Shown piece after piece: positions 23,788 through 32,000 of a stretch of 32,000 bases of DNA. The position numbers were made by a program, and so were the translations under genes. The notes beneath the pieces are model-generated. The model was given only the letters and a program-made list of their open reading frames with translations. It ran no database searches and was not told the DNA's origin. The stretch comes from Staphylothermus hellenicus DSM 12710 (lineage in GTDB: Archaea; Thermoproteota; Thermoprotei_A; Sulfolobales; Desulfurococcaceae): assembly GCF_000092465.1 (NCBI RefSeq), contig NC_014205.1, forward strand, positions 270,001 through 302,000. Reading direction: 5' to 3'. Position 1 is the stretch's first letter, and each line of letters begins with the position of its first letter.

Positions 23788-24678
23788 TTAGTTATTATAA
23801 AGTTTCTCAAATACTGAACCAAGAAGTATTGGTATATCTGAAGGTTTCTCGGCAACAGGAATATTTGCTTTAAGTAATGCTTGCTTCTTGGATTGATAAT
23901 CTCCTACTCCCATGGAAATTATTGCTCCTGCATGCCCCATTCTTTTTCCAGGGGGAGCAGTTTTTCCAGCAACATATGCTACAACAGGTTTTTTCATAGA
24001 TAATTCAGCGTAGTATTTTGCAAATCTTTCCTCTGCATCCCCTCCTATTTCCCCGATCAATACAACGGCGCGGGTGGAAGGATCTTTTATGAATAGTTCG
24101 TATGCTTCAACAAAATTTAGCCCAGTAACCGGATCCCCTCCAAGACCGATAACGGTGGATATGCCGTAGCCTTTCTTTCCCAGTTCTCGCGCGATCTCAT
24201 ATGTTAATGTTCCACTTCTAGAGATTAATCCTATTTTTCCAGGCTTGAAGACATGTGCTGGCATTATTCCTATTTTTGTTTCTCCTGGCACCATTATTCC
24301 CGGAGTATTTGGCCCGATAATAACAGTGTTTTTCTTTTTTGCGTATTTCACAAATTCTAATTCTTCATGTACAGGGATTCCTTCAGTAATTACAACTATT
24401 GTCTTAATATCTGCATCTATAGCTTCAAATACAGCATCACTCGCAAATTTCGCTGGTACAAATATTATGGAAGCATCTATTTCCCCAATATTCTCTATGG
24501 CCTCATATACTGTATCATATACTGGTACACCATAAACATTCATTCCTCCCTTCCCGGGAGTTACCCCTGCCACTATCTTGGTTCCATATTCTAGCATTAA
24601 TTTTGTATGAAAACTGCCTTCTCTACCAGTTATTCCTTGTACAAGGACTCTTGTATTCTTATTTACGAGGACACCCAT
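23788..24678 (-). CDS. sucD: succinate--CoA ligase (ADP-forming) subunit alpha
   Basis: [41 protein letters not shown] and the phosphohistidine loop MGHAGAII. Confidence 0.93.
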   Translation of the reverse strand: MGVLVNKNTRVLVQGITGREGSFHTKLMLEYGTKIVAGVTPGKGGMNVYGVPVYDTVYEAIENIGEIDASIIFVPAKFASDAVFEAIDADIKTIVVITEGIPVHEELEFVKYAKKKNTVIIGPNTPGIMVPGETKIGIMPAHVFKPGKIGLISRSGTLTYEIARELGKKGYGISTVIGLGGDPVTGLNFVEAYELFIKDPSTRAVVLIGEIGGDAEERFAKYYAELSMKKPVVAYVAGKTAPPGKRMGHAGAIISMGVGDYQSKKQALLKANIPVAEKPSDIPILLGSVFEKLYNN

Positions 24679-24684
24679 AACTTC

Positions 24685-25824
24685 TCACCTAGGTAGATTC
24701 TTGGCTATCTCAACAGCTTTCTTAACAGCATCATCTGCTTCGCTAAAAACACTATATCCTTTTTCTTCAAGAAGTCTTCTACCAATTTCCTCATTGGTGC
24801 CGAGCAATCTAATAACAATTGGTTTTTTAACACCGGTCTCCTCTACAGCCTCAATTATCCCTCTAGCTACTTCATCGCACCTAGTTATACCGCCGAAAAT
24901 ATTTATTAGAAGCACCTTAACCTTGTCATGCTTCAATAATAGTTTAGCTGCCTCCTTAACTCTCTCACGCGAAGCCCCACCACCTATATCTAGGAAATTA
25001 GCTGGTCTCCCACCATAATATGCCACCATATCCATTGTCGCCATAGTTAATCCAGCACCATTACACATTATCCCAACATCCCCGTCGAGTTCTACGTAGG
25101 AGAACCCAAGTTTTTTAGCGATAGCTTCTAGTTTCGATAACTCCCTCCCATATTTCTCGGCGAATTCTGGGTGGCGGTAAAGACTGTTGTCGTCAATTGT
25201 TATTTTAGCATCAACCGCTACTATTTCGTTACTACATGTTTTAACCAATGGATTAAACTCTACAAGATCAGCATCATAGTTTTTCATGATATTATACATA
25301 GAATTCATTATCTTATGTATACTAGGCCATAGCTCTTTCGGTAAACCTAGGAATTTAGCTGCTAAACGCGACATGTATGATTTGTATCCAATCATTGGAT
25401 CAACTCTGATCCTCAATAGTTTATTTGGGTATTTCTTAACAAGCTCTTCTATCTCAACTCCTCCCAGAGGGGATACAAGGTATACTATTTCCCTGTTGGA
25501 GCGATCTATGGTTAGAGATAAATAATATTCTTTATCAATACATATTTTCTCCTCTACAAGGATAAGCTGTGCTTTTTCACCGCGTATGCGTTTATTGAAG
25601 AGTTCCCTAGCAACTTTTTCAGCTTCGAGAGGATTAGATGCGAACAAGACTCCGCCCGCTAATCCTCTTCTCCCAACCAGTACTTGTGCTTTCAACACTA
25701 CTTCGCCGCCGATTTTCTCAGCAACAGTTCTTGCCTCCTCAGGTGTTTTAGCAATATTTCCTCGAGGAACAGGTACACCATTGTTTCTAGCGATCTCTTT
25801 TGCCTCGAACTCGTATAGTTTCAA
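24685..25824 (-). CDS. sucC: succinate--CoA ligase (ADP-forming) subunit beta
   Basis: ATP-grasp N-terminus MKLYEFEAKEI...GVPVP, GIMCNGAGLTMATMD and NIFGGITRCDEVA. It lies directly upstream of sucD. Confidence 0.93.
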   Translation of the reverse strand: MKLYEFEAKEIARNNGVPVPRGNIAKTPEEARTVAEKIGGEVVLKAQVLVGRRGLAGGVLFASNPLEAEKVARELFNKRIRGEKAQLILVEEKICIDKEYYLSLTIDRSNREIVYLVSPLGGVEIEELVKKYPNKLLRIRVDPMIGYKSYMSRLAAKFLGLPKELWPSIHKIMNSMYNIMKNYDADLVEFNPLVKTCSNEIVAVDAKITIDDNSLYRHPEFAEKYGRELSKLEAIAKKLGFSYVELDGDVGIMCNGAGLTMATMDMVAYYGGRPANFLDIGGGASRERVKEAAKLLLKHDKVKVLLINIFGGITRCDEVARGIIEAVEETGVKKPIVIRLLGTNEEIGRRLLEEKGYSVFSEADDAVKKAVEIAKNLPR

Positions 25825-25857
25825 GCATGTTCACCAATTAAAATACAATGTTTATCT

Positions 25858-26265
25858 CTAAGTAAAAAATTCTAATCCCCCTCTCTCAACAAATAAGCCA
25901 TAGAGTTTATGTATTATTTTCTTATTAACGTATTTTCCATGAGGTCTAAGACCCCCTGTGAACCCGTAAGGTATGTGTAATAGTTCATGTATTAGTACTT
26001 GTATTTTGTCTTCTATATCTAATGGATCATACCTCTCCGATAATACTTCAACTATGTACATAGGCTTTACTCCAAGAGCTTTAATCCAAATACGTGGTAG
26101 ACCATGTATTCTAGCATAAGCGTATGATTTAGAACCCGTGCTTCTAAAGCATTTTATCCTCTCAAGATCTATGTGCTTAAAATAATCACGGAGAAAATGG
26201 ACTATAACGTTAATTAAACAACATACATCCTCTGCTTCAACATATTTTATCAAGTTATTTCTCAC
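25858..26265 (-). CDS. predicted small metallopeptidase (HExxH)
   Basis: YARIHGLPRIW...VLIHELLHIPYGFTGGLRPHG contains an HELLH zinc motif and resembles the small archaeal predicted-metallopeptidase family (COG4900-like, from memory). Confidence 0.58.
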   Translation of the reverse strand: MRNNLIKYVEAEDVCCLINVIVHFLRDYFKHIDLERIKCFRSTGSKSYAYARIHGLPRIWIKALGVKPMYIVEVLSERYDPLDIEDKIQVLIHELLHIPYGFTGGLRPHGKYVNKKIIHKLYGLFVERGGLEFFT

Positions 26266-26569
26266 CTATTATATCCGTAATAATTTTTACAGCTTCATCC
26301 TCAGAATCAGCTACTTCGATTAATTGATGAGTTGCGTAGCCCGGCTTCTTTTCTTTCTTACCTAATGCTTTTCTACGAAGAATTATTCCTTTTCTGAAAG
26401 GATGGAGTGCTGTATAAGCATATGCTCTCAATAATGCAGCAACAGTTGCTTCCTGCAATAATATTGTTTGATCACGGAATTTAATTAAGAATCTTACATG
26501 ATAGTGATTCACCGGTATAGCGGCTATAATTTCTTCTACATCCTCATTCCTATATACTCTCAGATCCAA
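26255..26569 (-). CDS. hypothetical protein (104 aa), overlapping and co-oriented with the HExxH ORF
   Basis: Clean ORF with an 11-nt overlap onto the downstream metallopeptidase ORF. No family was recognised. Confidence 0.45.
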   Translation of the reverse strand: MDLRVYRNEDVEEIIAAIPVNHYHVRFLIKFRDQTILLQEATVAALLRAYAYTALHPFRKGIILRRKALGKKEKKPGYATHQLIEVADSEDEAVKIITDIIGEK

Positions 26570-26662
26570 ACATCAACCCCTCAGGCAGTCTTATACTTAG
26601 AATTATTCCATTAGGGCTCAATATTGTTTTGTAAATAATATATTGTCTTGTTTCTAGAATAT

Positions 26663-27640
26663 TTAGAATATATTGATTGGTATGATAGGGATCTTGGATA
26701 CTTTGATTAAAACATAGTATTCTTCGCCATCAACTAGTAGGATATCTCGGCATCCATAATTCTTTTCCAGATAACGCTGAATAATAGATAGTTTTTCATC
26801 AATGTTCAATGATTGTTTCTTTGCAGATCTAATAATATCTGAAAACTTAAGAGCAACGTATCCGTCATCAATGATGCTTGATACTATCTCATTTATTTTT
26901 TCAACCAAGTAATTATCAATTAGTTCTATTTCCTTTTTTACTAACCTATTCGTTTTCTCCATTATTTCTTCTTCAAAAAGTTTTTCTTCTTCTACAATAC
27001 TATTTACTCTGTCAAAGAGCTCCTTGTTTTCTTCCCATAATCTAGCAATTATAGGAGTTATATTGTCTAATTGATTAATAGTAACTATATATTTCTCGTG
27101 TAGTTCGGGATCAAATCTTATTTTTAGTGAGCGTTCAAGATTCTTTGCTTCATCCATGATTTTTCTTAGTTTAAGGATTTCCCGTAGGTATTTATAGAAT
27201 ATTATTGGATCTACTTTTCTATTATTGTATTTTTCAATGTATAGTGATAGGTAATAACTTGTTAAAATATAGCTTCTGCTCAAATCATCTATTATAATAA
27301 TATAGTTGGAGCCATGGTTTCGGGGGAATAGTTTATAGAGTATTGCTGATCCTATAATCTCCTTCTCCTTTTCAATACTTTCTAGATCTATTAATCTAGG
27401 CAGTATACATAGTTGGTGTCTAATTATTAATGGGTATTCGAAGATTATCCTATTGTTTCTGGTAATGTTTCTATGACCTAGTTGTTCTAGTAGTTTACTA
27501 TTATGTATTTGAACAATTGCTTCTCTACTACTTCTATGTATTTCATAGTCTTTTCCGTAATTGTACTGGATAAGTATTCTCATAATACCTATAATTTTAT
27601 TTAGTAAATCAGTTGATCTATAGCTATGATCAGTCTTCAA
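26663..27640 (-). CDS. hypothetical protein (325 aa), very AT-rich, coiled-coil C-terminal half
   Basis: Long clean ORF. Its start overlaps the PfkB kinase stop region by 11 nt. Composition is rich in I, K, N, Y and E. No motif was recognised. Confidence 0.5.
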   Translation of the reverse strand: MKTDHSYRSTDLLNKIIGIMRILIQYNYGKDYEIHRSSREAIVQIHNSKLLEQLGHRNITRNNRIIFEYPLIIRHQLCILPRLIDLESIEKEKEIIGSAILYKLFPRNHGSNYIIIIDDLSRSYILTSYYLSLYIEKYNNRKVDPIIFYKYLREILKLRKIMDEAKNLERSLKIRFDPELHEKYIVTINQLDNITPIIARLWEENKELFDRVNSIVEEEKLFEEEIMEKTNRLVKKEIELIDNYLVEKINEIVSSIIDDGYVALKFSDIIRSAKKQSLNIDEKLSIIQRYLEKNYGCRDILLVDGEEYYVLIKVSKIPIIPINIF

Positions 27641-28583
27641 GTATCCAATTCTCCGGCTCCTTTATTTCTTCTACGATTGTTTCATTTAATTGTTTAGAGA
27701 ATAGATGTTTATCCCAGCATAGTATGCTTCCACGGCACATTACTTTTAATGCTCCAGCAGCTAATGCATATGATAATGCTTTACCTAGATCCTTATAGTC
27801 TATGTATGCAGCATTAAAGAATGCATCAAAAGCGTCTCCAGCACCTGTAGAGTCTATAGGTGGTCTTATAGGTTTTGATACGCCATGATAAACTGTGCCT
27901 CCCTGTTGTAAAACATATGCTCCTCCAGGCCCTTTCTTAATGACTATTAGATCTGTACCATATTTTAATAGGTTCTCGATTTTACCTCCAGTAATCGATC
28001 GAGCCTCTGCTCTGTTAAGGAATAAAATATTTATATTGTCCAGTATTGAAACAATTTTTTCTTCATCATATAATGCATATGCTCCGGGATCATAGCTTAC
28101 AAGGGCTCCTAAACCAGTGGCTCGCATCGCTATTTCTGACGCGATAGTTGGCGGAATACTTGCCATATGCACTATTGTCGCCTCCTCTAATAGTTGTTTT
28201 GGAACATCATTAGGCGATAATAATTCGTTAGCGCCTCTATATTTAACCATTATTTTTTCTCCACCAGGGATCACTACTACGTTTACAATGCCCGGGTTTT
28301 CCTCAACTCTCTTCACAAATCTTGTAATTACACCGATCGAGTTTAGTTTTTCCAGGATAGAATCTACTAATTGGTTTAGCGATGTTGAAGCAATAAGATA
28401 TGCTGTGTGGCCATAATAGGTAACTGCTATTGAATAATTAGATGCAGAACCGCCTGGCCCCATCATTATTTCTTCAGCGAAAACACTTTCATCAGGCATA
28501 GGCAGTCTTGAAACATACATTGTTATATCTATGTTTAAATTACCCACGGCTACATGTATTGGTTTTGAACTAGTCTTGGGCAT
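27630..28583 (-). CDS. PfkB-family sugar/nucleoside kinase (ribokinase fold)
   Basis: N-terminal GPGGSASN and C-terminal DSTGAGDAFDAFF (the PfkB signature 2 region). Confidence 0.85.
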   Translation of the reverse strand: MPKTSSKPIHVAVGNLNIDITMYVSRLPMPDESVFAEEIMMGPGGSASNYSIAVTYYGHTAYLIASTSLNQLVDSILEKLNSIGVITRFVKRVEENPGIVNVVVIPGGEKIMVKYRGANELLSPNDVPKQLLEEATIVHMASIPPTIASEIAMRATGLGALVSYDPGAYALYDEEKIVSILDNINILFLNRAEARSITGGKIENLLKYGTDLIVIKKGPGGAYVLQQGGTVYHGVSKPIRPPIDSTGAGDAFDAFFNAAYIDYKDLGKALSYALAAGALKVMCRGSILCWDKHLFSKQLNETIVEEIKEPENWILED

Positions 28584-28588
28584 TGCTC

Positions 28589-29458
28589 CTACAACCTACC
28601 TATCCTCTTATACCATTCTAGAATTGTTTTTGCAGATACCGTTTTTGATCCTGTTTCCCCAACTATTTGATCCCATTCACTAAGTATTTTAACCGCTTCA
28701 TTAGCTACCTTTATAGCATCATCTACTCCAGCATCAACAATGAATTCCTCTGTCTCCCTATTCGCTATCGCAGCACAGACGCTGCCGGCTCTTAAACCAT
28801 AAATATTCGCTAATGTGAAAATAGCTGCAGCCTCCATCTCGAAATTCAATACGTTAACACTTCTCAAAAAATCTATTAAGCCCCTCTGGAAAGGCGGTAA
28901 ATAGCCTTTGTAACCCGGCCTCTCCTGCCCCACATAGAAGCTGTCAGAACTAACTGTTAAGCCAACATGGTATTTTACGCCGAGCTCTTCAGCAGCTGTT
29001 ATAAGTGCTAATGTAACATCAAACGAAGCAACAGCTGGGTATTCGGGAAATACATATTGTTTACTTGTCCCCTCAAACCTTACAGCACCGGTTGAAATAA
29101 TTATGTCTCCAACACCTATATTCCTATTCAGAGCACCCGTTGTTCCTACACGAATAAAAGTAGTTGAGCCAACACGGGCAAGCTCTTCGACAGCTATAGC
29201 TGTTGATGGAGATCCTATGCCTGTGCTTGTAGCAGATATGAATACCCCCTTATACCTCCCACTAAATGTTAAATATTCTCTATGCTCAGCAACCCTCCAA
29301 GCCTTATCCCAGAAACTAGCAATACGTTTAACCCTTCCAGGATCACCGGGTAATAAAACATATTTGCTCACATCACCGGGCTTAACACCTAGATGATATA
29401 CTCGGCCAGATTCATCTACAGGAGCACTAGCACTACTAAGTTTCTTACCTCTTTCCAA
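28589..29458 (-). CDS. nucleoside phosphorylase, PNP/UDP family (uridine phosphorylase-like)
   Basis: VYHLGVKPGDVSKYVLLPGDPGRVKRIA, IRVGTTGAL and FEMEAAAIF. TTG start at 29458. Confidence 0.85.
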   Translation of the reverse strand: MERGKKLSSASAPVDESGRVYHLGVKPGDVSKYVLLPGDPGRVKRIASFWDKAWRVAEHREYLTFSGRYKGVFISATSTGIGSPSTAIAVEELARVGSTTFIRVGTTGALNRNIGVGDIIISTGAVRFEGTSKQYVFPEYPAVASFDVTLALITAAEELGVKYHVGLTVSSDSFYVGQERPGYKGYLPPFQRGLIDFLRSVNVLNFEMEAAAIFTLANIYGLRAGSVCAAIANRETEEFIVDAGVDDAIKVANEAVKILSEWDQIVGETGSKTVSAKTILEWYKRIGRL

Positions 29459-29743
29459 GAAAACATCACCTACAATATTTCTTCTATGACGATCTAAGTT
29501 ATAAAGACTGTTTGCTTATTTAGATACTATGGTTAATTGGGAAGTTATGAGATTTATTGTTTAGAACCGTTTCTGCTTGTATAGCGTTCAACTTTGTAAA
29601 CACCTCTACAATGCAATAGTTGAGGAAGCACGGATTATGTAATGCTCCAACAGGCTTCTCGATAAAGAAGAGGAAGCCCCGACATGAGTAGGAGGTCTAT
29701 ACACGGAAACAATGTTCTGCAATTCTTGTTTTCAATATGATAA

Positions 29744-30040
29744 TTATGATAAATGTTTATATCTACTACTCCCGTATTTTGAAAGCAGCGCTTTAAATTC
29801 TCTTCTTCCAAGAACAGTGACGATCTCTAAAATGTTGCCGTGGAAAGCATATACAACAGCGTATCCTCTAATATTAACAGCTAAGTATAAATCGTTCCAG
29901 GAATCATAGAAATACATGTATGGATCATTGATAGTATCATATATGTCTTCCAAACATATTTTCCTCTCCTTCATTCTACGCATTGCATGTTTAGATATAT
30001 GTATTTTCCAGAAAAATTCTTCTCTAGAATAATTATTCAT
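29744..30040 (-). CDS. DUF4258-like (toxin-like) small protein
   Basis: ISKHAMRRMKERKICLEDIYDTI matches the remembered DUF4258 core HA..RM.eR.I....i. 98 aa. Its ATG overlaps the upstream gene's TGA. Confidence 0.5.
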   Translation of the reverse strand: MNNYSREEFFWKIHISKHAMRRMKERKICLEDIYDTINDPYMYFYDSWNDLYLAVNIRGYAVVYAFHGNILEIVTVLGRREFKALLSKYGSSRYKHLS

Positions 30041-30552
30041 ATTTCAAGCACTTCAACAGATAAATCCTTTGTATCTAGAAGTGCTATTGTAGATTTACCA
30101 GTTAAATAACCACATGTTTCTCCAGGGTTTAATAATAGTTTGTTATTAATATATTGAACTAATACTCTATGAGTATGTCCAAACAATACAGCGTCAACCC
30201 CCTCGATACTAAGCAGTGTTTTAGCTAGCTTTTCAGTGTGCTCAATCCCATCATATCCATGCATTATTACAAAGTTCCTATTACCCAGATTAATAATGGA
30301 TGGCCCACTATATAGTTCCCAGTTATTAGCAGTAAATAACTTATTTAACAAATATATGTCGCCGTCATTGTTTCCGAGAACACCGTATACCTTGATATCT
30401 TTCAATATATTCTTCATTCTCCTGACAATGAAGGGAGAAATAATGTCTCCTAAATGAATAATTGCTTCAACACGGTGTTCTATGAATTTATTTAATGCTT
30501 TATCTACGGCGTATATATTATCATGACTATCGCTCATAACACCAATTAGCAT
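30037..30552 (-). CDS. MJ0936/YfcE-family metallophosphoesterase
   Basis: GVMSDSHDN, HLGDI, GNNDG, HGY, GHTH and NPGE. This is the full calcineurin-like motif set, at the typical 171-aa size. Confidence 0.9.
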   Translation of the reverse strand: MLIGVMSDSHDNIYAVDKALNKFIEHRVEAIIHLGDIISPFIVRRMKNILKDIKVYGVLGNNDGDIYLLNKLFTANNWELYSGPSIINLGNRNFVIMHGYDGIEHTEKLAKTLLSIEGVDAVLFGHTHRVLVQYINNKLLLNPGETCGYLTGKSTIALLDTKDLSVEVLEI

Positions 30553-30597
30553 GCCATGAATTCCCCCGAGAAAAACTATTAGTTAAGTAAGAGAGGC

Positions 30598-31197
30598 TTA
30601 TTCTATTTTTACCTCGTATCCCTTCTTTTTCTCTGATCTCTTGATCTTCTTCAATGTTACCTCTAATACTCCATTTTTATATGTAGCCTTCGCTGATCCA
30701 GGATCTACCTCTGCAGGTAGCTCTACTTCCTTATAGTATTTCCTGTTCGTATCGCTCGCACTTATAATGAGTTTTCTTCTATCATCGCTTACTTCTAGCT
30801 TGATCTTATCTTTTTCTACTCCTGGAAGCTCTGCAATAACAGTTATACTGTCATCCTGTTCAAATACATCTACTAGAGGTTCTCTTTCTTCACTAATCAT
30901 TCTTTTACCTTCAACCTTTTTCACATTACCGAATTCTTCAATCATAGGTTTACCATCTGGGCCTATTGTTATTCTAAAACCATATACATAAGGACCAAAC
31001 CTCCTTGTTGGGCCGGCTTCTTCTATAAATTCCCTTGGCTCCATTGTTTCGAATTCTCGCAGTAACCTATTCATTTCCTCCTCCATTTGCCTGAATATTT
31101 CATCAAATACGTCGAAGAACCCTCTTCTACGCCGCTTATTATAGTCGTCCCATCTACTCATATAGAATATCACCTCTTGACCTGTTTGTTCATTCAT
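30598..31197 (-). CDS. Hsp20/alpha-crystallin family small heat-shock protein with a long N-terminal extension
   Basis: Alpha-crystallin domain VDVFEQDDSITVIAELPGVEKDKIKLEV...YYKEVELPAEVDPGSAKATYKNGVLEVTLKK. An alternative start is the Met at 31161. Confidence 0.88.
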   Translation of the reverse strand: MNEQTGQEVIFYMSRWDDYNKRRRRGFFDVFDEIFRQMEEEMNRLLREFETMEPREFIEEAGPTRRFGPYVYGFRITIGPDGKPMIEEFGNVKKVEGKRMISEEREPLVDVFEQDDSITVIAELPGVEKDKIKLEVSDDRRKLIISASDTNRKYYKEVELPAEVDPGSAKATYKNGVLEVTLKKIKRSEKKKGYEVKIE

Positions 31198-31273
31198 TAT
31201 ACCTTATATTTTCTATTTATCTTAATATTTTTGATTGATTAGGGGATTGGAAATAATTGGTGTTTATTTGAAA

Positions 31274-31951
31274 ATGGAGAGACCATATATACTAGTGTTT
31301 TCAACGATTAGTGTTGACGGAGGATTATCTGTTAAAGGTAAAAGATACAGGCTGAGCAGTGATAGGGATATTTATAGACTGCATTATTTTAGATCAATTG
31401 TAGACGCTGTAATGGTTGGTGCTAATACTGTAATAATAGATGATCCATTGCTAACTGTGCGTTTACCCGACTATAAGGGTAAGCAACCATATAGAGTAGT
31501 TGTTGATGGTAAGCTAAGGGTTATGCCTGAGCTTAGAGTATTTGATACAAGACATGCTCCAACAATACTTATCACAAGCATCAATAATAAGGATAGAGAG
31601 ATGATTAGGAGGTTTCTATCAAGGGGTGTGAGGATATTATTTGTTGACACAGATAAATATGATCCCTCAAAAATTGATCTTAGAAAAGCTGTTGAAAAAT
31701 TATATCGCGAATTTTCTATTAGGAAAATACTTGTTGAGGGCGGGGGACAATTAATAGCTTCTCTATTCAAAAACAGATTAATCGACGAATTATATTTATC
31801 GATCTCTCCATTAATTATTGGATTAAACAAGACCTCGTTGATTGAAGATTTCCTTGATTCTCCGGTAAGGCTTGTTCTTAAAAACATATTTGTAGACCAT
31901 ATAACAGGAGAGATAATTGTTAATTATAAACCATTCTATGAAGATCATTGA
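31274..31951 (+). CDS. arfC: 2,5-diamino-6-(ribosylamino)-4(3H)-pyrimidinone 5'-phosphate reductase (RibD C-terminal-domain type, archaeal ArfC)
   Basis: RPYILVFSTISVDGGLS, DAVMVGANTVIIDDPLLTVR, YRVVVDGKLR and ILVEGGGQLIASLF are colinear with remembered MJ0671. The track ORF starts at TTG 31235, but ATG 31274 is preferred. Confidence 0.85.
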   Translation: MERPYILVFSTISVDGGLSVKGKRYRLSSDRDIYRLHYFRSIVDAVMVGANTVIIDDPLLTVRLPDYKGKQPYRVVVDGKLRVMPELRVFDTRHAPTILITSINNKDREMIRRFLSRGVRILFVDTDKYDPSKIDLRKAVEKLYREFSIRKILVEGGGQLIASLFKNRLIDELYLSISPLIIGLNKTSLIEDFLDSPVRLVLKNIFVDHITGEIIVNYKPFYEDH

Positions 31952-32000
31952 TCTATTCAGTTATTAGAAGAATATAAATTACTCGTAATACATTACACAA

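Noticed and set aside
25092-25100. CTACGTAGG inside sucC matching the palindrome in the IS left arm
   Set aside because: It is a 9-nt palindromic match within a conserved coding region, with no flanking similarity, so it is likely coincidence.
24245-25861. Several plus-strand ORFs (24245-24535, 24367-24594, 24701-25018, 25286-25525, 25586-25861)
   Set aside because: All are antisense to sucD or sucC, which are unambiguous.
28117-29396. Plus-strand ORFs 28117-28416 and 29103-29396 (also 27895-28095)
   Set aside because: They are antisense to the PfkB kinase and the nucleoside phosphorylase.
29459-29743. 285-bp intergenic gap checked for an antitoxin ORF, C/D boxes and hairpins. It contains the GAGGAAGC repeat at 29622/29670, and GAAGC...GCTTC with a 25-nt loop.
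   Set aside because: Only ORFs of 25 codons or fewer with no motifs are present. The C-box-like ATGACGA (29486-29492) lacks properly spaced D'/C'/D boxes, and the stems are short with long loops. The gap is most likely promoter and leader for the phosphorylase operon.
31471-31887. 138-aa minus-strand ORF
   Set aside because: It is antisense to the ArfC-type reductase gene.
1-32000. Scan for CRISPR arrays, rRNA/tRNA genes and long tandem repeats
   Set aside because: I found no regularly spaced 24-40-nt direct repeats, no cloverleaf-compatible GC-rich ~75-nt islands and no rRNA-like segments by eye.

Overview
This is an AT-rich archaeal chromosomal window. Its gene content suggests a hyperthermophilic crenarchaeon, possibly Desulfurococcales-like: an ESCRT-III/CdvB paralog, the archaeal riboflavin route with GTP cyclohydrolase III, a mannosylglycerate gene pair and a C/D-box sRNA. 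Most of the window is housekeeping: mpgP/mpgS, gdhA, a GGPP-type prenyl synthase, trpS, ribB-ribC-ribH-arfA with a distant arfC-type reductase, ppa, sucCD, a nucleoside phosphorylase plus PfkB kinase, hsp20 and a TatD-type hydrolase. Small conserved-unknown and orphan ORFs are interspersed. The main finding is a 1357-bp insertion (13841-15197) that cleanly splits cutA. Joining 13840 to 15198 restores a 110-codon CutA frame. The insert has three parts. First comes a 204-nt C-rich, GC-elevated untranslated arm. Next is a 40-codon SpoVT/AbrB-fold ORF that is below the ORF-track cutoff. Its stop overlaps (GTGA) a candidate start of a compact TnpB-like RuvC protein, which keeps D-E-D-type motifs but lacks the zinc-finger cluster. 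The insert has no TnpA. A second, canonical TnpB with the C/H cluster is cut by the left window edge and has GC-rich hairpins over its 3' end. Other leads are listed here. A COG0402-type aminohydrolase lies divergent from the rib operon and may be the archaeal riboflavin-pathway deaminase, which to my knowledge is unassigned. There is one textbook C/D-box sRNA (21903-21959) and two weaker candidates. A DUF4258 toxin-like ORF is ATGA-coupled to a phosphoesterase. A Cys-rich protein shows an internal duplication. I saw no CRISPR array, rRNA gene or tRNA gene. All family assignments come from motif recognition by eye, not from searches.
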